This document shows positions 60,583 to 64,000 of a stretch of 64,000 bases of DNA, one piece after another. The DNA comes from Squalus acanthias (taxonomy: Eukaryota). The first letter of the stretch is position 1, and every line of letters starts with the position of its first letter. The translations under genes were made by a program, and so were the position numbers. The notes beneath the pieces are model-generated. The model was not told where the DNA came from and searched no databases. It saw only the letters and a list, made by a program, of their open reading frames with translations. The DNA is taken from NCBI GenBank assembly GCA_030390025.1, contig CM059447.1, forward strand, positions 46,624,001-46,688,000, in the 5' to 3' direction.

Positions 60583-61730
60583 TGTGGGTAGCTCTCTCTC
60601 TGTCTCTCTCTCTCGCCTCGGAGTCAGGAGGTCGTGCGTTCGAGTCCCACTCCAGAGACTCGAGCACAAAATCCAGGCTGACACTCCCAGTGCAGTACTG
60701 AGGGAGCACCGCACTGTCGGAGGGGCAGTACTGAGGGAGCGCCGCACTGTCGGAGGGGCAGTACTGAGGGAGCACCGCACTGTCGGAGGGGCAGTACTGA
60801 GGGAGAGCCGCACTGTCGGAGGGGCAGTACTGAGGGAGCGCCGCACTGTCGGAGGGGCAGTACTGAGGGAGCGCCGCACTGTCGGAGGGGCAGTACTGAG
60901 GGAGCGCCGCACTGTCGGAGGGGCAGTACTGAGGGAGCGCCGCACTGTCGGAGGGGCAATACTGAGGGAGTGCCGCACTGTCGGAGGGGCAATACTGAGG
61001 GAGCGCCGCACTGTCGGAGGGGCGGTACTGAGGGAGCGCCGCACTGTCGGAGGGGCGGTACTGAGGGAGCGCCGCACTGTCGGAGGGGCAGTACTGAGGG
61101 AGCACCGCACTGTCGGAGGGGCAGTACTGAGGGAGCGCCGCACTGTCGGAGGGGCAGTACTGAGGGAGCGCCGCACTGTCGGAGGGGCGGTACTGAGGGA
61201 GCGCCGCACTGTCGGAGGGGCAGTACTGAGGGAGCGCCGCACTGTCGGAGGGGCAGTACTGAGGGAGCGCCGCACTGTCGGAGGGGCAGTACTGAGGGAG
61301 CGCCGCACTGTCGGAGGGGCAGTACTGAGGGAGCGCCGCACTGTCGGAGGGGCGGTACTGAGGGAGCGCCGCACTGTCGGAGGGGCAGTACTGAGGGAGC
61401 GCCGCATTGTCGGAGGGGTAGTACTGAGGGAGCGCCGCACTGTCGGAGGGGCGGTACTGAGGGAGCACCGCACTGTCGGAGGGGCAGTACTGAGGGAGCA
61501 CCGCACTGTCGGAGGGGCAGTGCTGAGGGAGCACCGCACTGTCGGAGGGGCAGTGCTGAGGGAGCGCCGCACTGTCGGAGGTGCCGTCTTTCGGATGAGA
61601 CATTAAACCGAGGCTCCGTCTGCTCTCTCAGGTTGACGTAAAAGATCCCGGGGCCACTATTTGAAGAGCAGGCGAATTCTCCCCGGTGTCCTGGGCCAAT
61701 ATTTATCCCTCAACCAACATCACTAAAACA
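60583..61730 (+). mobile_element. DeuSINE with 33-bp array
   Basis: tRNA-type head (GTTCGAGTC), array 60690-61580, Deu domain. Confidence 0.85.
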
Positions 61731-61773
61731 TCGGCCCTGCCCCGGCCCAGCCTCCTCGCGTGTTGCCGGTTAC

Positions 61774-61961
61774 CTCCACGGCCTTGTCCTTTAGAGCCGC
61801 GCGCTGCTCCTGCGAGAAGCCGGTGACTGACGCCAGCACCTCGACCGTGTCCTCGAAGGTCTGCGCCGACACACACGCAAGCTGCTCCACCGTCCATTGA
61901 GCGTTGGCCTCCCCCAGCTCCCGGATCTGCGCGGCGGTGGGTCTCACGCTGCACGAAGTGA
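61774..61961 (-). CDS. Otoancorin-like gene, internal exon
   Basis: TSCSVRPTAAQIRELGEANAQWTVEQLACVSAQTFEDTVEVLASVTGFSQEQRAALKDKAVE resembles the otoancorin EAN..W / TVELLG..GF segment; donor GAG|GTAACC; exact acceptor less certain. Confidence 0.82.
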
Positions 61962-62244
61962 CTTCAATCCACAAATACAGGTGATGGTTAATTGTCGCCC
62001 GTGACAACGCTTCACACACAGTACAGAAAAATAGCTGAGACCCTGCATCGAATGTCCCATTCTCCCAAGCTCAGAGCCACCGACCGCACTGTGTCCATGA
62101 CATCTGATGCTCCCTTCACTCCTCTCTCTATCTCTTTCTCTCTCACTCCTCTCTGTCTCTCCATCTCACATCTCTCTCTGTCTCTCGCCTCTATCTCTCC
62201 CTCTCTCTATTTCTGTGTGTGTCAGGTACAGCACATATCAGATT

Positions 62245-62829
62245 NNNNNNNNNNNNNNNNNNNNNNNNNNNNNNNNNNNNNNNNNNNNNNNNNNNNNNNN
62301 NNNNNNNNNNNNNNNNNNNNNNNNNNNNNNNNNNNNNNNNNNNNNNNNNNNNNNNNNNNNNNNNNNNNNNNNNNNNNNNNNNNNNNNNNNNNNNNNNNNN
62401 NNNNNNNNNNNNNNNNNNNNNNNNNNNNNNNNNNNNNNNNNNNNNNNNNNNNNNNNNNNNNNNNNNNNNNNNNNNCTCCCTCTCTNNNNNNNNNNNNNNN
62501 NNNNNNNNNNNNNNNNNNNNNNNNNNNNNNNNNNNNNNNNNNNNNNNNNNNNNNNNNNNNNNNNNNNNNNNNNNNNNNNNNNNNNNNNNNNNNNNNNNNN
62601 NNNNNNNNNNNNNNNNNNNNNNNNNNNNNNNNNNNNNNNNNNNNNNNNNNNNNNNNNNNNNNNNNNNNNNNNNNNNNNNNNNNNNNNNNNNNNNNNNNNN
62701 NNNNNNNNNNNNNNNNNNNNNNNNNNNNNNNNNNNNNNNNNNNNNNNNNNNNNNNNNNNNNNNNNNNNNNNNNNNNNNNNNNNNNNNNNNNNNNNNNNNN
62801 NNNNNNNNNNNNNNNNNNNNNNNNNNNNN
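62245..62829. other. N-runs (assembly gap or hard-masked CT-rich sequence)
   Basis: Two N tracts flanked by CT-rich sequence. Confidence 0.95.
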
Positions 62830-63137
62830 CCTCTCTTTCTCAGTCTGTCAGTCTTCTCTCTCGGACCGTACACATTCCAGCTGACACCAGTCCAGTCGAT
62901 GTGTCTGATTTTGAAGGGGTCTTTTCCTGACTGGAATGTTGTGTGGGCCTGGCAGAGACCTGCAGCATCCCTTCCTCTGCTGCACCCTGTGCGGGAATGC
63001 AGTGATCTACAGGGCAACTCACCAAGGAGAAAGTAACAAGGGCAATTTCCTCTCCCCGTTTCCCCCTGACCCCCTCTTGAAGGACACGGGTCCAACGGGA
63101 ACCAGCTGCCCGCGGCTTCCTCACTGAGTTTATAAAC

Positions 63138-63690
63138 GACAACTTGTATTTATCCGGCGCCTTTAACGCAGTAAACGTCCCCAGGGCGCTTCACAGGAGC
63201 GATTATCGGACAAAATTTGGCGCCGAGCCACATCAGGAGATATTAGGACAGGCGGCCAAAAGCTGGGTCAAAAGGTCGGTTTTAAGGAGCGTCTTAAAGG
63301 AGGAGAGAGAGGCGGAGAGGTTTAGGGAGGGAATTCCAGAGCTCGGGGCCCAGGCGCGGTCGCCAATGGTGGAGCGATGGAAATCGGGGGGGATGCGCGA
63401 GAGGCCAGAATTGGAGGAGCGCAGAGATCTCGGAGGGTTGTGGGGCTGGAGGTGGTTACAGAGATAGGGAGGGGGGCGAGGAGGCCATGGAGGGATTTGA
63501 AAACAAGGATGAGAATTTTAAAATCGAGGCGTTGCCGGACCGGGAGCCAGTGGAGGTCATTGAGCAACAGGGGGTGATGGGTGAACGGGACTCGGTGCGA
63601 GTTAGGACACGGGGGCAGCAGGAGATTTGGATGACCTCAAGTCTAGGGAGGGTGGAAGGTGGGAGACCGGCCAGGAGAGCGTTGGAATCC
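63138..63690 (-). mobile_element. L2 3' fragment
   Basis: LNDLHWLPVRQRLDFKILILVFKSLHGL. Confidence 0.85.
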
Positions 63691-64000
63691 TCCAGTGCGG
63701 CGACGAGTATTGGTAGGCTATTCGACCGCAGGTGTCATCACAGCCACGCCTTTACTTGCTGTGGGAGAGGGGGTGATTGGCGCTGCTGCCCCAGCCGGAG
63801 ATCAGCCGACTCAAGGCAGACCGCAGATGGGTCCCCGGGGTGTGGCTGGGCCTGCGGGGGGGAAGGGAGCTAGGGGAGGCGTTGGCGAAGGTAGAACGCG
63901 AGGGGAACGGAGGTTACCTGCCCGGGCTGGGCGCGAGCCAGCCTTCAATGAGGCTCCCACCAGGATGTCAAAGATTTTGGCGCAGACGGCGGTGAGGCTG

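Noticed and set aside
10450-61641. ORFs of the type DSAALPQYCPS / STAPPTVRRSL / GGAVLRERRTV (mucin-like)
   Set aside because: Translations of the 33-bp DeuSINE-internal repeat
61992-63142. ORFs spanning the N-runs, or a further otoancorin-like exon at 62840-63030
   Set aside because: The frames are open only because of Ns; no frame of 62840-63030 showed recognisable family motifs

Overview
Vertebrate genomic DNA, almost certainly from a cartilaginous fish (shark), judged from the Ig light-chain class and the HE1-type and Deu-type SINEs. The window is GC-rich and dominated by repeats. It has three main components. (1) Two tandem minus-strand immunoglobulin light-chain clusters of the type I / NS5 / sigma-cart class. 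Cluster 1 is an apparently intact germline-joined L-VJ-C gene (23701-19188, 242 aa) with an octamer promoter, a very short CDR3 and a four-fold duplicated J splice donor. Cluster 2 is a split V-RSS/RSS-J-C pseudogene (17842-11146) whose C exon is about 97% identical to the intact one but is separated from its stop codon by about 2.6 kb of nested retroelements. (2) The last seven exons of an intact minus-strand otoancorin-like GPI-anchored protein gene (61961-47481); all splice phases are compatible. (3) Dense retroelements: CR1 and L2 LINEs, DeuSINE and HE1 V-SINE, a solo LTR, and a Penelope-like element with an open RT + GIY-YIG frame and hammerhead-ribozyme motifs. Six minisatellite families (33, 37, 43, 51, 61 and 67 bp) are present, four of them visibly expanded inside retroelements. 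Almost all long ORFs in the supplied track are artefacts of these tandem arrays. Family names rest on motif recognition from memory; no database search was run.
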